DNA from: Okamejei kenojei
Taxonomy: Eukaryota
Assembly (NCBI GenBank): GCA_035221665.1
Contig: CM069164.1
Coordinates: 26,970,001 to 27,034,000, forward strand
DNA length: 64,000 bases
Reading direction: 5' to 3'
A program made the translations under genes and the position numbers. This document shows positions 13,831 through 28,000 of this stretch, piece after piece (the first letter of the stretch is position 1; each line of letters opens with the position of its first letter). The notes beneath the pieces were generated by a model. The model ran no database searches and had not been told where the DNA came from. It saw only the letters and a list, made by a program, of their open reading frames with translations.

Positions 13831-14556
13831 TCTTCCTTTATTTCCCTGCCTCTTCTCGCATGAGAGAGGTTGCATAGCTCTTCCCTTTTTTTTGCACGAC
13901 GTCGATTCTTTTTTTTTGTAGTCCCTTTTCGCTNNNNNNNNNNNNNNNNNNNNNNNNNNNNNNNNNNNNNNNNNNNNNNNNNNNNNNNNNNNNNNNNNNN
14001 NNNNNNNNNNNNNNNNNNNNNNNNNNNNNNNNNNNNNNNNNNNNNNNNNNNNNNNNNNNNNNNNNNNNGCACGGCGAAGAATCTATGATCAGTTGATGGT
14101 CGGTCACTTCTACTCCGGTTCGTGCATCTGCCTGCAAGAGTCGAGCCTTTTTTTCGCTTTCAGTCTTTAACCTTTCGTCCCTCTTTTTCCTTTTTTGATG
14201 GGTTTCCTGAATGGCTGACTGCGTGTTGCCCTGGTCGTGGCCCCCCGACAATCGAATCTTCTCTTCCGATCGGGTCTGNNNNNNNNNNNNNNNNNNNNNN
14301 NNNNNNNNNNNNNNNNNNNNNNNNNNNNNNNNNNNNNNNNNNNNNNNNNNNNNNNNNNNNNNNNNNNNNNNNNNNNNNNNNNNNNNNNNNNNNNNNNNNN
14401 NNNNNNNNNNNNNNNNNNNNNNNNNNNNNNNNNNNTTCTCCTTCCTTCATTTTCTCCCCACCCCCGATCCAAAAAGACAAGACCTGTTCTTTTTGTGTGT
14501 GTGTGTTTTTTTTTTTTTTTTTTTTTTTTGCTGCCTGATAACACTCTGCCCGAGAT

Positions 14557-14968
14557 ATGGCAATGGTAGTTAGTACGTGGCGAGACCCGCAAGACGACGT
14601 GGCCGGAGCTCAAGTCACACAGCCACCTCCGCCTCAGCAAGGACCGCAACAGCCTTCTGGAGCACCCCTTACCCCGCAGACCCCCGGCCAACCTGGAGGT
14701 CCGGGCACGCCGGCCCAGTCTAACCAGCAGCAGAGTGAGAAGCAGCAGCAGCATATCGAGTGTGTGGTGTGCGGGGACAAGTCGAGCGGCAAACATTACG
14801 GCCAGTTCACCTGCGAGGGCTGCAAGAGTTTCTTTAAAAGAAGTGTGCGCAGAAACTTGACGTACACATGTCGTGCCAACAGGACCTGCCCCATAGACCA
14901 ACACCACCGCAATCAGTGTCAGTACTGTCGCCTGAAAAAATGCCTGAAAGTCGGCATGAGACGGGAAG
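14557..14968 (+). CDS. NR2F2: NR2F2/COUP-TFII coding exon 1 (N-terminus and C4 zinc-finger DNA-binding domain)
   Basis: [15 protein letters not shown]...[33 protein letters not shown]...[17 protein letters not shown]; phase-1 donor GAAG|GTATTG at 14968/14969. Confidence 0.97.
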
Positions 14969-15729
14969 GTATTGAGAATTAATTTATTTCAAATGTTTTA
15001 CCCGCTGACCTAGCTTAAAAAAGAGAAGCCGAAATGTTTAATTCTATAAAGTTAAAATGGGCTACCATGCTTGCATGTTTCACTCAATTGCTACCGCCTG
15101 TCTGTGTAGTTTATGGTTGAGAAACTCAGTTAAGTGTTCTTGCAANNNNNNNNNNNNNNNNNNNNNNNNNNNNNNNNNNNNNNNNNNNNNNNNNNNNNNN
15201 NNNNNNNNNNNNNNNNNNNNNNNNNNNNNNNNNNNNNNNNNNNNNNNNNNNNNNNNNNNNNNNNNNNNNNNNNNNNNNNNNNNNNNNNNNNNNNNNNNNN
15301 NNNNNNNNNNNNNNNNNNNNNNNNNNNNNNNNNNNNNNNNNNNNNNNNNNNNNNGTTGTAGAATAACCATAGAAAGCGTGTTTTGATTGTAATCTAATTT
15401 GGTAAAATGTGCTAGGTTACACACGCAACCGCAGGAGAAGAGAGGAGGGTGCTACTAATGCACCATGCAAGTTGGAGCAGTTTGCAAAGTCCATATAGGA
15501 AAATAAATCAGCCATTGTTGTAAAATATTTAATCAGTTTGTACACGCGTTAGGGAAATGACATGGCAAAATTGCATTGCAGTGCTTGGCTTAGCATGTGC
15601 AGTCGTGGTTTAAAATATGCACCATTCTGTTGCGGCATAGGTGAGATTTATTAAACAAAAAGGCAGTATCTGCGGCAGCTCTTGCATTTTTTGGGGGGTT
15701 GTATTGTGTGCAAAACTGTCTGAAAATGA

Positions 15730-16341
<612 letters not shown>

Positions 16342-16934
16342 TAATCAAAACAGCCATGATATCATATCAGGATGGAGATTCAGGCAAATATTCAGCGTCA
16401 TTTTCCGTGCACTTAGAGTGCTGGCATACACTCTCCACATAATACCCCTTAATATTGAAATGGCTGGAAAAAAGTCTTAATTTGCTGGAGCAACATATAA
16501 GTTCTAAAATATGATGAAAACACTCAGTGAGCTTTTTAACCATTTGCAGTGATTCGTGGCTTAAGCAATTGCTACATATTTCCCAACACATTGCATGGGA
16601 ATGAATGTACATTATTATTAAAAGAAAAATGCTGTGCGGTTGTAAATATTGAAGGAGAGTAAATTATTATATATATTTAATTTCTCACGTGTTCTAGTTA
16701 GTCATTCCCATTTATATTGTGTTCACAATTGCTGCACTTAAGTTATAATATTACCACAGCCGCTCATCTAGAGCTGCCATAGTGCGTTCAAGGATTGATA
16801 TCAGCAAACAGAAAAAAAACAGTTTATGTGAGTAAGCGGTCCACAATTCCTTCCTTGTTGTGTCAGAGTGATCTGGGGATCTAGATGACTCCCTGGACCT
16901 TTTCAAGTGCAGGAGTCGTGACCCAAACTTCCTA

Positions 16935-16936
<2 letters not shown>

Positions 16937-16975
<39 letters not shown>
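16937..16975. repeat. (TA)n microsatellite in intron 2
   Basis: Direct observation. Confidence 0.95.
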
Positions 16976-16977
<2 letters not shown>

Positions 16978-17753
16978 TCACTTCACACATAAAAATCGAC
17001 GCCTTTCCAAAATGTCTTTTTTAACCAAACTAATCAAATGAAAGTGAACATCTAGTTAGAGAAAAACAATATTCAGGCCACTGAGCTTAAGTGAGGGTGA
17101 CGTTTTGTGTGTTTGCTTTAAGTTAACACATGCCAGCTTTTATGAAGTAGTATTTTTCTTAGTCTTTTTTTATACTTGAATTACTAACCGACTTGGAAAC
17201 ACTTTTAAATGTTATGCGGTTTATTTTGTTTGTTCAGTCTACTTGATCCTACTCAACCAGGAGCAATCGATGACATTACCATTGCAGTTAATTTATTACT
17301 ATTTGTAAAATGTCAGGCCTGGTGTGCACCGAAGCAAGCTCACTGTTTGTGAGCACTTTNNNNNNNNNNNNNNNNNNNNNNNNNNNNNNNNNNNNNNNNN
17401 NNNNNNNNNNNNNNNNNNNNNNNNNNNNNNNNNNNNNNNNNNNNNNNNNNNNNNNNNNNNNNNNNNNNNNNNNNNNNNNNNNNNNNNNNNNNNNNNNNNN
17501 NNNNTGCTCGCCAGTGCAGGCTAAATCTGGTTTAAGTTTACAAACGCCAAAAAGTATTATGTAAAATGTGGCTGTGAATGGTTGCTATATCTGAGCTTTG
17601 TGCTTTCTTTGATGCCTGTAATAATATGCGTCTGCTGGGCTGGGTTTCGGTATAGCAAGATGCAATGACCAGGTCAGGTCATAACCTATGCTCTCTAATT
17701 AAAGGTCCCATGCTAGTGCGGGTGTCATATATTTAATCCTACACTTTTTCTAA

Positions 17754-18080
<327 letters not shown>

Positions 18081-19775
18081 ATAGGAAGGGGAAAAAAAGG
18101 CAAGTGACATTATTTTGCAAATTCCTTCCGTAAAGAAGGAAATAAAAGGCTGTTACAAGTTTACCTATGTGACGCACAAAAAAAAATGAAGAGTGGGAAG
18201 AATAAAAAAAAAGGACTGTGGATTTCAATGACTGTACACGAACTTAAAAACAAACGCATTAAAAAAAACTCTTCTGTGTCGTTCAGAACAACTTGCTACT
18301 TATCATTTTGTAACAAAAGGAAATTAGTCTTTTATTTTGGTTTATTTTGTAAACTTTTGAGAAATATCGATATAAAGATAAGTGCATTTAAACAAGAATT
18401 TCAAAATTAGGAGGAAAGAAAAATAACATTTTCCAAATTATTATAAATTGTCCGGTGTCTATGTATCTATAGCTGTTTTGTATTATTCCTGGTTTCAAAC
18501 CAGTCTCCTCTGTGATTCTCTACTAATAATTTTGATATAACCATTGCTTCTTATCAGATACGGTGTATCACGTGAATATGTTCTGCAAGAATTAAAACGG
18601 AACCCGCTAAAATGTTAGATGAAAAGGTTTTTTTTTAAAAAACAGAATCGCAACTTAATGCTGGAAGCGCACTTATAGTGTTAACTCAAAATACGTTTAA
18701 TTTGGGAGGGAATGGACTGCAGACCAATATTAAATGATACACACTTGTAATTTTAAAATCCATTGTTGAAAACTCGTTAATATTGACATGTGGGGGGTGG
18801 GGGCGGGAGTACAATGTGGGTATATATCTGAAAGCAAAGATCCTTTATGTGTCCGAGACACAGTACAATATTTTTCATTAAATCTATGTGGCTCAATTTA
18901 GTTCCTGTTGCAGTATAGAATCGTACGAGGTTCCAAAACACGCCTGTTTGTATATTTCCCACCCATTTGTAACAATGATAAACCCTTAGCCCTTCTAAAG
19001 GAAAAAACAACCACAATTTATTTTCTTGGATTCAGCATGGAACTCAATGTCGGCACTTACTATTTTACGTGTGGTTAATTAAGTATCTGGAGTTTACAGT
19101 CGTGTATTCAAGCTGAAGGGTTTTTTTAAGTGCAAAATTTCTGTACTGTAAAAGTTATGATTGGATTGTTTGGTCAGTCTTGTGTGTTATATTCAAGAAA
19201 AAAATGAAAGTATTCGGAGATTATAATATTATTTGATATATGGAACTTTTCGCTGTTACAATTGTATGTTCACCCAAGGAAAAAAAAATCTCATTACAAT
19301 GGTCAAACATCGCAGTTTACTGGAGTCATTACAATTCGTGCATTATTTGTCTTATTTACTCTATATACCTGTATAGTTTGCCGCCACAGTCTGTAGTAGT
19401 GGACAAACCACATGCTTTTTCAATGAAAGCATAAGTCGTGGACTCATGCTGCTCCTTGCCTTTAGGTCTTAGAGATGACACCCTAAAGATACAGTCAAAT
19501 GGCCCCTGTACGACACGCCGTACCCCTTTCCTTTTTAAATTCAAAATGCCATGGGGATTTTGACCACCGACCCTTATTTAGTTATAACTTAAGTGCCTGT
19601 GCAACCAATGTACATTAGACAGGTGTTAGGAAGCATGGATCATTATGTGTGTTAATGGTCAGGGTTTTGTTTTGAAGCTTATTGTGTCTGAAGTTCACGC
19701 ACATAACACACTTAAACAAGCAATTGCTACTAGGAACAGTGTTGATTGTAAATAAAATATATTAAATGAGATTTA
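18081..19775 (+). other. NR2F2: NR2F2 3' UTR with candidate polyadenylation signal
   Basis: Follows the stop codon; block 18410-18555 resembles the recalled mammalian NR2F2 3' UTR; AATAAA 19751-19756 and ATTAAA 19761-19766; true end uncertain. Confidence 0.6.
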
Positions 19776-20078
19776 TTCCAAAAAAAAAGTATGTCTGGAA
19801 AAATGTGGTTGCCAATTTTTGTTATTGGAAGATCTTCAAACGGAGGATGATGTGGCTGACGTTTGATGTGTAGCACTACAAGTGAGCCTGATTTTATGTA
19901 TATAAATATAAATTCATTTGAATTTTTATATATGGAAATAGACTGTGAGAGCATGGCCACAGGTCGCGAATACATTTTACATTTGTTACATACATGTAAA
20001 TGTTTGATTGTATAGAGGATATACATTTGGGCGAATGTTTGGCTTCAGTGCTCCCATATACCCTTGTTTAAAAGCAAA

Positions 20079-20112
<34 letters not shown>

Positions 20113-20143
20113 ACACACACGCACACATACACATACACACACA
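20079..20143. repeat. Imperfect (AC)n microsatellite
   Basis: Direct observation. Confidence 0.95.
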
Positions 20144-21164
20144 AAAAGCAAAAATAATAACAGAGCGAGCTGGCTTGGGTTGGCCAAGCTAAAGGTTCCA
20201 AGCTTTTTCCGGTAGTGCTGCAGTGTGGAAACTTGCATTTTGTCCCTTTTTTTAAAAAAAAAAAGAAAAAAAAACCTTTTTTTTGTATGTGGCTTTCCGG
20301 CCGCATTCTACATCATGTTATGGGTTGCACAAAAAAAAAGAATCATTTTGTATAGTTGATGGAACAGTGATCTTTACCTGTTATAGAGACAGATATGGAC
20401 CAGAAATGATGTATGATTGTCATTATTAACACGTTTGCAGCTGACCCGCGTTTTTTTTTACTTCAGGGTATTGCTACGCTGTTCTAACTTATAGATTGAG
20501 CCTTTTCAGATGTTTTTTATTGCAAGTACTATGTGTGTGGAGTTACTACGCCAGACTCCTGTTTGTGTTAGCTATTGTATACAGCGTTTTTGTTGTAAAT
20601 TGTTCTTGGTATTAAATTATAATTTATGGCTTTGAAACAAAGTCTCTCCCTGTTTCATTCCCTATTTTCTCAACTTAAATATTGATAACTCGAAGCTCTC
20701 GTTACAATCAACGACTCTGCACAGAATCTGTGCACGGTTCGAGGCTGTATACTGCATACAGTAAAGTTCACGGTCTCAAGTTTCTCACAATTTGTCTCCT
20801 TTAGGTTTAGTTTAGATTAGTTTTATAAATAGCAATCCCCCCCCCCCCCCCCTTCTCCCTCCGTCGAAATCCCCCTTCCACACTTAAAAAAAAGTTTCCC
20901 CCCCTTTCTCGCTGCGTTAGAACAATAAAATTAACCCCGGGTGAAACTGACAAAAGGGATTGAAATTGACGAGCTTGTCCTTTAACTGGCAAGATCTGAG
21001 GCCGTTGAAATATGGTGACGATCCCCTGAAGTGTCCATTTTTTCCTGCGGCTTTTAAAAAATCTGATCTTACTTCGCATTTCTCTGCTGCTAGGGGTTAA
21101 AAGAAACCAGCCAAACATGCTCTGCAAGCTTGTAGGAATCCAGCATGCCGCCCCTCCTCCCTAC

Positions 21165-21214
21165 CTCTCTCTCTCTCCCTCTCTCTCTCTTTCTCCCTCT
21201 CCCTCTCAAACACA

Positions 21215-21253
<39 letters not shown>
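21165..21253. repeat. Compound (CT)n/(AC)n microsatellite
   Basis: Direct observation. Confidence 0.9.
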
Positions 21254-21257
<4 letters not shown>

Positions 21258-24200
21258 GCAGCGAGGAGAGGGAAAGACTGGGCAATATGTGACTTCACTC
21301 GACATGCTCAGTAAACCCAAGTGATTTGCCTTTAACCGCTAATGACCAAACCTCGGCAAACTGAGGGGTGGGGGAAGCATATCAGATCATGTTTTACAAC
21401 GCGGCCAGGCGATCTTTAAACATCAACAAAAAGCCCCATTAAGAAGATATAACTCAATATTACACCACCTGCACTGCATCAAACCCTGTGCGATTTCTAA
21501 AGGCTGTTTTTAAATCTAGGTGCTTCTGTTGCTACATGAAGTTTGCTGCATTCTTTCCCTGTTCGCCTTTAATGTGTTTTATTGGGAGGTTGAAGGAGGT
21601 GGGGAGGGGGGGGGGGGGGGGGGGTTGTATTTGTAATCGGAGATCGAGCGTGTGAAAGTATGCGCTCAGCCGGCTTGGTGTTAGTGTCCTGTTAGCAGCC
21701 CAACATGGCGTCGTGTTTTCTGCTGCCGTCTCCAGGCGAGTTGTAATAGGAAACATATTTCAACCCCCTTTTGCTATTTACGTACAGGCCAGCTCTCATA
21801 AAACTATTAGCAGCGGGCAACATGCATGGGCTTTATTATATATATTCATATATATACATATTTACAATATATATGCTTATATTTGCAATCGTAACCTGAC
21901 AGCGATCCAAGGCTGGGGGGATTGAGAGAGCTCGGGTCTGTCGCTGGAAGCGCAGTTGTTTTCACGATAGGCAGTCAGATTTTACCCCTTAAAGACCTCG
22001 AGGTTAAAAAAGGGCCGACATTTCACGCGATCCTATTGTGGATTCACATTTAAATATGCAAAAATCGGCGGCCTCAGTTCAATCTCAACTCGCTGCAACT
22101 AATACAGACTGGAGTCGCAGGCTGCACACACACACAACCACACAACTATAATGTATATTCGCTGTCTCTCCAATGCTCTATTTACATCACTGCGCCCCAT
22201 AAACCCCGCTTCTCGGTTCTTCATTTATTGTTTTTTAATTGCAAAGACCAAAAGGGTTAAATTCAACCCTCTGCAGCAGCTCAGCTTAATGGGAGCGATG
22301 ACAAAAGCCAAAATGAAGAAAAGGGGCACGAGTGATTCAACTAAGTTTGGATTCCCCGTGCCTTCGACTTAAGGGAAAGGCATTTGCAGCGTGTGAGACG
22401 CAGACACCATCAGAATTCTAAACCTCTGCGAGCATTTATTTATTTAAACTGGGCTGAAAGTTGCTTCAGATGATCCCCCCCACCCCCCTCCCCTCCCAAC
22501 TATTTTCTCGAATCTCAAAGCCTCCCTACTGCGCTGTTGCCTAATTAATGGTGAAACGCAACTCAATCTAATTACTCAGTAATTTTAAAGCAGTTAAATG
22601 TGGGCATTGGTTGTAACAGGATTCCAGTTGATGAAAGAAAGTTTGCTTAAAATGTGTGCCTGTGTAGGCTCAATCAATATAAATGTATTTATTAACAAAA
22701 AATATATCCAGAATATTCTTTAGAGATAAGGCCTTTAAAAGCACCGGCGTTTAACAGGAAGGTCAGCGTTATAAAATAGACAGAATACGTTGCAACTGTC
22801 TTCTGTTCCTTACACATAATCCGCGACAAAATGTATTTTAATGCAGTCTTAAGGCAAAGATGATTGTCGTTATACTCGCCACCTCAAGGACTGCAATGCA
22901 ATTCTGCAGCAATTTGTATCATAGGTCTAGGGGGCTGATTTTAGTTGACAACGCGTGTGCTGGGTTTGAACTCTATAATTTGCACTCATGTCCCCGTATT
23001 AGGATCGCACAGGGAACTAATGAGCTCTTGCTTCGCCGAATGTCACATTTATTTATTTTCTTCAGCAGAAAGTTTCTGAAAAGAGCGGAGGGTTTGCACG
23101 ATAAAAAACTCTCAAGGTTGCTTGACGCAGCACAGAGTCCTGGTATTTTGTGTAAAGGTTATTCTTAAACATAGGAAGAGTCAACTTGGAATATGCAGCT
23201 GCATTTTACCACTTACCTTACACATTTAAAATGGAAGCGTAATCAATAAAGAGCCATATAATCATGAGCCACGTACACGCACACACGTACACATCCACAC
23301 AGTGCTAACATATTTTTAATTTAAAAGCAACTCGTAAAATATTTTTTAAAAATACCACAGGCGCTAAAATTATGAGATTTATTAGAGTAATTGTCCATGA
23401 TTCGCACTGTTTGGGGTTACGGCGTTGGACAGTCTAACACTGGATGGTTTTAAGGACATATTTACACGAGTTTTATTGCTGGTTGCCCTTTTTTTTAATT
23501 TCCGCAGAAGGCTGTCTATCTCAAACAGTTTTAGCTATGCAAAGAGGATAGAATGAAACTCCTGACGACAAGGGAACTGTTACCAATTACACTGCAATGC
23601 ACAATCTATCTCCCTTCTCGCTCACACTCACGCACACGCACACGCACACACACCACTGTCACAGGTATTTTGCCTTCACTGTGAAATACGCATCAAGGTT
23701 TGACGTTTACACACAGGATGGAAAAATGTAAACCGGATCACGAAATGCACATTGGACGACCCAACACCATGTGTCTGATCAAGACACTCACGATGATCCA
23801 GTTAAGGTGTGTGATTGAAAAAAGATTATGTTCCTGTGCCAAAAAAAAGGGCTGTTTTGCTGGGATTGAATTCCATCTCTTGAATGCACATTTGGTTGAC
23901 GCAGTGAAGTGAAGCACGTTTTAAAGAACGATAACCAGATTACTTACTCGCGTCTTTAATGCTCGAGTTTATATAATCAGACGCCCCACGCTCTCTCTAA
24001 AAGCATTTAATAAATGTCTATTAAAGTGTTACAGAAACGAGATAAATTTACTGTAGCTGCCGCCTTACAGGAAATAAATGCTAATGATAGATTCACCATC
24101 AGGGATTCGATCAGCAGTCTGTTCTGCGTGGCCCAGTTCTCCAAAACTCAAAGCTTCTACACTATTTATTTTCAGTTTAAATTGACATTTCTTAGAGGGG

Positions 24201-24528
24201 ATTAATTTATTGACAAACCCGTGGAATAACGCTTCCCTTTCCTACAATCTTCGCATCTTCAATTTTTCTTCATAAGCCCGTCATTTGCGAATCCCTTTCA
24301 GCGAACTTTTACAAGCTTCATTGAGATGTCTAAGTTCTGCTTGTCTGTCAAGTTATCTCTGTGCACACAAAGAAAGTGCTTCTAAATGGACTTAGTGCAC
24401 AGCGTGTGTGCTCTCTAAATGTTAGAAAATTGTGCCATCTACCCGCTATTCACAGAATTGTCACTTAAGGACCTACTTCGGGATTCAGCCACAAATTATA
24501 CACGGCGAGGACACGAATGTTTCAAAGT

Positions 24529-24566
<38 letters not shown>

Positions 24567-25036
24567 GATTTATCATCTTCATACCTGCACCACGGTAGAA
24601 GTTAACGGGTGCTACTTGTTTTAATCATAATTATTAATAGTTCTCTTTATTGAAACCCCTCTGATATTAAACCACCTGTTAAGGTCGATCCGAAAATCTT
24701 CCAGGTACACTGTAATACACTCTACGTCAATCTTCGCTTTCCGCGATGGTGTGGATGGAGTCCAACGTCTCTCTCGTTAGCTGTGTTCTGGTACTGTGTT
24801 CACGTCTGAATTATTAAAAGTTGGAGAGGTCAGTGAAATTGGGCAGACGCTTATATCTGCTCACAGGTATATGCTCAATGAAAGAATGGCGACAAGATCT
24901 CATCATGATCCAACGTTATGAAGAGGTACCTCTGGTTTGTCCCCCGTGAGTCATTTTGTCATTTTGACCTCCTGTCTCCAAAAAAAAACCCCCAAAAACT
25001 TTGGTTTCGCGATGGATGGACAAATATAAGAATCAC

Positions 25037-25088
25037 GCACACTTGTACATTCTTGCACACTTGTACATTCTTGCACACTTACACTCTT
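25037..25088. repeat. 18-bp tandem repeat, about 2.8 copies
   Basis: GCACACTTGTACATTCTT at 25037 and 25055, partial copy at 25073. Confidence 0.9.
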
Positions 25089-28000
25089 GTTTGCCACCAC
25101 TAAACGCAAATTACACCCTACCCTCTCAACAAACAAGAATTTCACTAAACGGGTCAATACATCTAGATCATTTATTTAACTTTTCTTTTTAAAAATCCAC
25201 TGACACTTGTCCCTTCACCCGTCTGCTGCGGAGGAGCGGTCTAATAAGGATTGATCTTGATGAAATACCAGCAATCGTTATTGCAGGAATCTGTATTAAC
25301 ACCGACAAGGGCACAATAAGAGAATATATTTCCAAGGATATCAGTTCTGTAACTTTAATGTTGAGTGTAGTCTAAATCGACATCAGTCCGTAAGTCGCAT
25401 TTGAACAAATTCCACTTCGGCTCAACACAAACCTGGCAGATAATAAGTTGTTCTTGCAAATCTTAGGAGTCTTTTTTTTAAATTTACCCCACGGCATTTA
25501 GACACGCTAACACAGACTAAATAATTAAAAGGACACTTGGATTTTCCATCCGGATTCATATGAATACTCTCGGAATATAAAGTAGATTGTTAACAAAAGT
25601 TTTGTTGGTTTTTGAGTGGTTTAGTGCTAAAGATGAGGCTGATCATATCATTGCTATGCAGCATAAATAAGACGTTCTGGGAGCCCCGGGTCAACCATCG
25701 ATCCCTTGCTATGGTAGGAAAGGACGGGTTAATATCGTCTCATTAGCATTCCCATTGCACGACCCTACACCCTGACAACTAACACTGATGCATTTGCACT
25801 GAGCTTAATTTAAAAGCTTTACCCAATCACCAAACACGAGTCTTATTTCCATACTTGTCGTTATTTGTATATTACTAGTAAGTGTAACGCACCCCTCACA
25901 ATTATTCCATATAGAAATATATTTTCATAGCCTCATTTTTTTCCTTTATTTCTTTTATTATGTGTCCTCTCCTCCTCCTCCTCCCCCATTTATTTCCATT
26001 CCCTTGACCCCCCTCTCCAACCTCGAATTATATTTCGTCCCTTTCATCACTGGGTATTCCTTCAAGATCCCGGCCTCTCGCTTTCTCTTTAAGCGCTGTG
26101 CATTAGATGAGATTTAGTCGACACTAAAGTGGCAAAGTTCAGATTGAGGGAATGAGAGGGTGTGTATATGAGGGGAGGGGGTGGTCGTCAGGGGGGAGGT
26201 GGGGGCAACACTGCAAACGGCGAACAAAAGGATGCCTGGGCTTGAAAACTATAGCAGGAATATGAAAATCGCAGTTTTGACTGGTGTATGNNNNNNNNNN
26301 NNNNNNNNNNNNNNNNNNNNNNNNNNNNNNNNNNNNNNNNNNNNNNNNNNNNNNNNNNNNNNNNNNNNNNNNNNNNNNNNNNNNNNNNNNNNNNNNNNNN
26401 NNNNNNNNNNNNNNNNNNNNNNNNNNNNNNNNNNNNNNNNNNNNNNNNNNNNNNNNNNNNNNNNNNNNNNNNNNNNNNNNNNNNNNNNNNNNNNNNNNNN
26501 NNNNNNNNNNNNNNNNNNNNNNNNNNNNNNNNNNNNNNNNNNNNNNNNNNNNNNNNNNNNNNNNNNNNNNNNNNNNNNNNNNNNNNNNNNNNNNNNNNNN
26601 NNNNNNNNNNNNNNNNNNNNNNNNNNNNNNNNNNNNNNNNNNNNNNNNNNNNNNNNNNNNNNNNNNNNNNNNNNNNNNNNNNNNNNNNNNNNNNNNNNNN
26701 NNNNNNNNNNNNNNNNNNNNNNNNNNNNNNNNNNNNNNNNNNNNNNNNNNNNNNNNNNNNNNNNNNNNNNNNNNNNNNNNNNNNNNNNNNNNNNNNNNNN
26801 NNNNNNNNNNNNNNNNNNNNNNNNNNNNNNNNNNNNNNNNNNNNNNNNNNNNNNNNNNNNNNNNNNNNNNNNNNNNNNNNNNNNNNNNNNNNNNNNNNNN
26901 NNNNNNNNNNNNNNNNNNNNNNNNNNNNNNNNNNNNNNNNNNNNNNTGCGTGTGTTTAAAGGTTCCTTTGAACTGCCTTTGTGCTGAGTCGGCGCTGCTT
27001 TTTGCCAATGCTAGTCACGGTCATACGAACTTTGTGTTAACCTCTTATGTCGAATGAATCTTTTCATTTGGAAGCCCATAAATCTCATTCCGTAGCTCCT
27101 TTTGTGCGGCACGCTACGACTTAGTAAGCCAAGTGTGCGCTGAACAACAACTTAAAAAAAAATAAAGCAGAGAGAGAGAGACAAAAAAAAGTTGCGACCG
27201 ATAAAAAAAAAGTACAACTTAAAAAAGAGATTCCAATGTAAAGTGCGGGACTGGCAACTCGCAAGAGGGACGTGGAAAGGGAACGGAGAGGAAACGAAGC
27301 TCACCACGCACACTCACAGTAAGCAAGCTCTTTTCTAAACAGCTCCTCCAAGGTTTACATGGAGACGATGATTTATCGTTCTGAAACCGTCATTATTTTG
27401 GTGAATTTCAAGTAGTTAGAACCTGCTGTGATTTGAGCCAAGTAGTAGAAATGGGACGGAGGAGTGTGGGTGAGAGGGAATGATAGGGGAGAGGGGAGAT
27501 AAATAAATAAACAAACAAACAAATAAATAAATGGTCATTTTTCAGAAGGATTTTGTAATTGAGGCGAAAGGCAACACACACACACACACACGCATACACG
27601 AAAAAGAATATTTTAACTGAAGTTTATGCTCAAGTGTCGCTAGTTGAGATTGGGGGAAGGGCCTTAAATGGTGTGCATGCGCGAAAGGGAATAATAGTAG
27701 AGAGAGGGAGGGAGAGACAGACGGAGGTAGAGAAAAGGAGGGTGAGAATGGGAGGGGGAGAGAGAGAAAGAGAGAGAAAGTTTAACATTGAATCATCTGA
27801 CCTGCAAAAGTCTCCAAAAGGAACTAGCAAGATTCCATGTATCCACTGTTACATTGGTCATTCCTAGATGTGATGCTTTATACGTGTTATGGTTGTAAGT
27901 GAGCCCTTTTTCTGTGGCGGGTTTTAGATTTATTTAAAATATTCTCATTAAGTTGCTGGCAGTGACGGTCAGTTCGTTCAATCCGATTGAGTGGTCTTGT

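Noticed and set aside
14167-14907. 246-aa minus-strand ORF
   Set aside because: Antisense shadow of GC-rich exon 1, extended artificially through an N gap.
26139-27057. Long ORFs in several frames (also near 29.4, 38.6 and 42.2 kb)
   Set aside because: Mostly X residues from assembly gaps.
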